Sequence record: KM199770.1
Reading direction: 5' to 3' (one strand)
Source of the DNA: Rhizobium phage vB_RleM_P10VF
DNA length: 24,000 bases
Shown here: piece after piece, positions 23,616-24,000 of the stretch
How positions within the stretch are numbered: position 1 is the first letter of the stretch
Layout: every line of letters begins with the position of its first letter
Translations under genes and position numbers: made by a program
The notes under the pieces: generated by a model
What the model saw: the letters and a program-made list of their open reading frames with translations, nothing else
Databases searched by the model: none
Told to the model about the DNA's origin: nothing

Positions 23616-24000
23616 TTGGAACTCGTCTTCAAGGAAATCACATTCAAGAACTTCCTGTCGTACGGCAATCAGCCTACGACCATCAACTTCACAGCTGCGA
23701 AGTCTTCGCTCATCGTGGCTGCCAACGGTTCTGGCAAGACTGCTGCCATGATCGACTCTGTGTTCTTCGCTCTCCTCGGAGAAGCGTTCAGAAACATCAA
23801 GAAAGCACAGATCCCGAACTCGATCAACGTCAAGGACTGCCTGGTCGATCTCAGCTTCTCTCTGGACTCCGTCGACTATCGTGTCGTACGTGGCATCAAG
23901 CCTGACGTCTTCCAGGTGTTCGAGAACGACCAGGAACTCTGGGAAGATCTCAAAGGATCTGACAAGCAGAAGAACCTCAACGACATCATCAAGCTCGACA
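23616..24000 (+). CDS. 46: recombination endonuclease subunit gp46/Rad50/SbcC-like (N-terminal part, continues beyond window)
   Basis: TTG start after CTCGGAGG; 'ITFKNFLSYGNQPTTINFTAAKSSLIVAANGSGKTAAMIDSVFFALLGEAFRNIKKAQIPNSIN…YRVVRGIKPDVFQVFEN'. No ORF-track entry because it runs off the end. Confidence 0.92.
   Translation, partial: MELVFKEITFKNFLSYGNQPTTINFTAAKSSLIVAANGSGKTAAMIDSVFFALLGEAFRNIKKAQIPNSINVKDCLVDLSFSLDSVDYRVVRGIKPDVFQVFENDQELWEDLKGSDKQKNLNDIIKLD

Noticed and set aside
1-24000. tRNA genes, CRISPR arrays, introns/homing endonucleases, transposases
   Set aside because: I looked for cloverleaf/TΨC-like strings, regularly spaced direct repeats, and HNH/GIY-YIG or transposase motifs and found none convincing; tRNAscan-SE and Rfam searches were not possible here.

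Overview
This 24-kb window is a dense, almost entirely plus-strand segment of a T4-superfamily (myovirus-type) phage genome. Codon bias and GC-rich codons suggest an alphaproteobacterial host, but that is inference. Recognisable core genes are a baseplate tube-cap/initiator-like protein, a gp53-like baseplate wedge protein, UvsX recombinase, gp41/DnaB-like helicase, a RuvC-like resolvase, an HD-domain (YfbR-like) hydrolase, a gp1-like dNMP kinase, a MazG-like protein, a gp42-like dCMP hydroxymethylase/thymidylate synthase homologue, a thymidylate-kinase-like protein, both type II topoisomerase subunits, a gp55-like late sigma factor, a gp47-like protein and the start of gp46. The most interesting signals are: (1) a gp47/Mre11 homologue in which essentially all metal-binding nuclease motifs look destroyed, although it still sits directly upstream of gp46/Rad50; (2) about 11 intergenic promoter-like elements, GTTT(A/C)N-16/17-(G)ATA, resembling T4 early promoters, many combined with inverted repeats whose left arm lies upstream of the predicted start site and whose right arm covers or abuts the ribosome-binding site; (3) a dispersed non-coding stem-loop element present twice in opposite orientation, with an identical 8-nt loop and a compensatory base-pair change; (4) a phage ExbB/TolQ/MotA-like channel gene coupled to a single-TM protein with an unusual putative periplasmic domain; (5) a possible DNA-base hypermodification set (dCMP hydroxymethylase-like, an unknown 343-aa protein, a second kinase, and a GT4-like glycosyltransferase). 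All family assignments are from motif recognition by eye; no database search was run.
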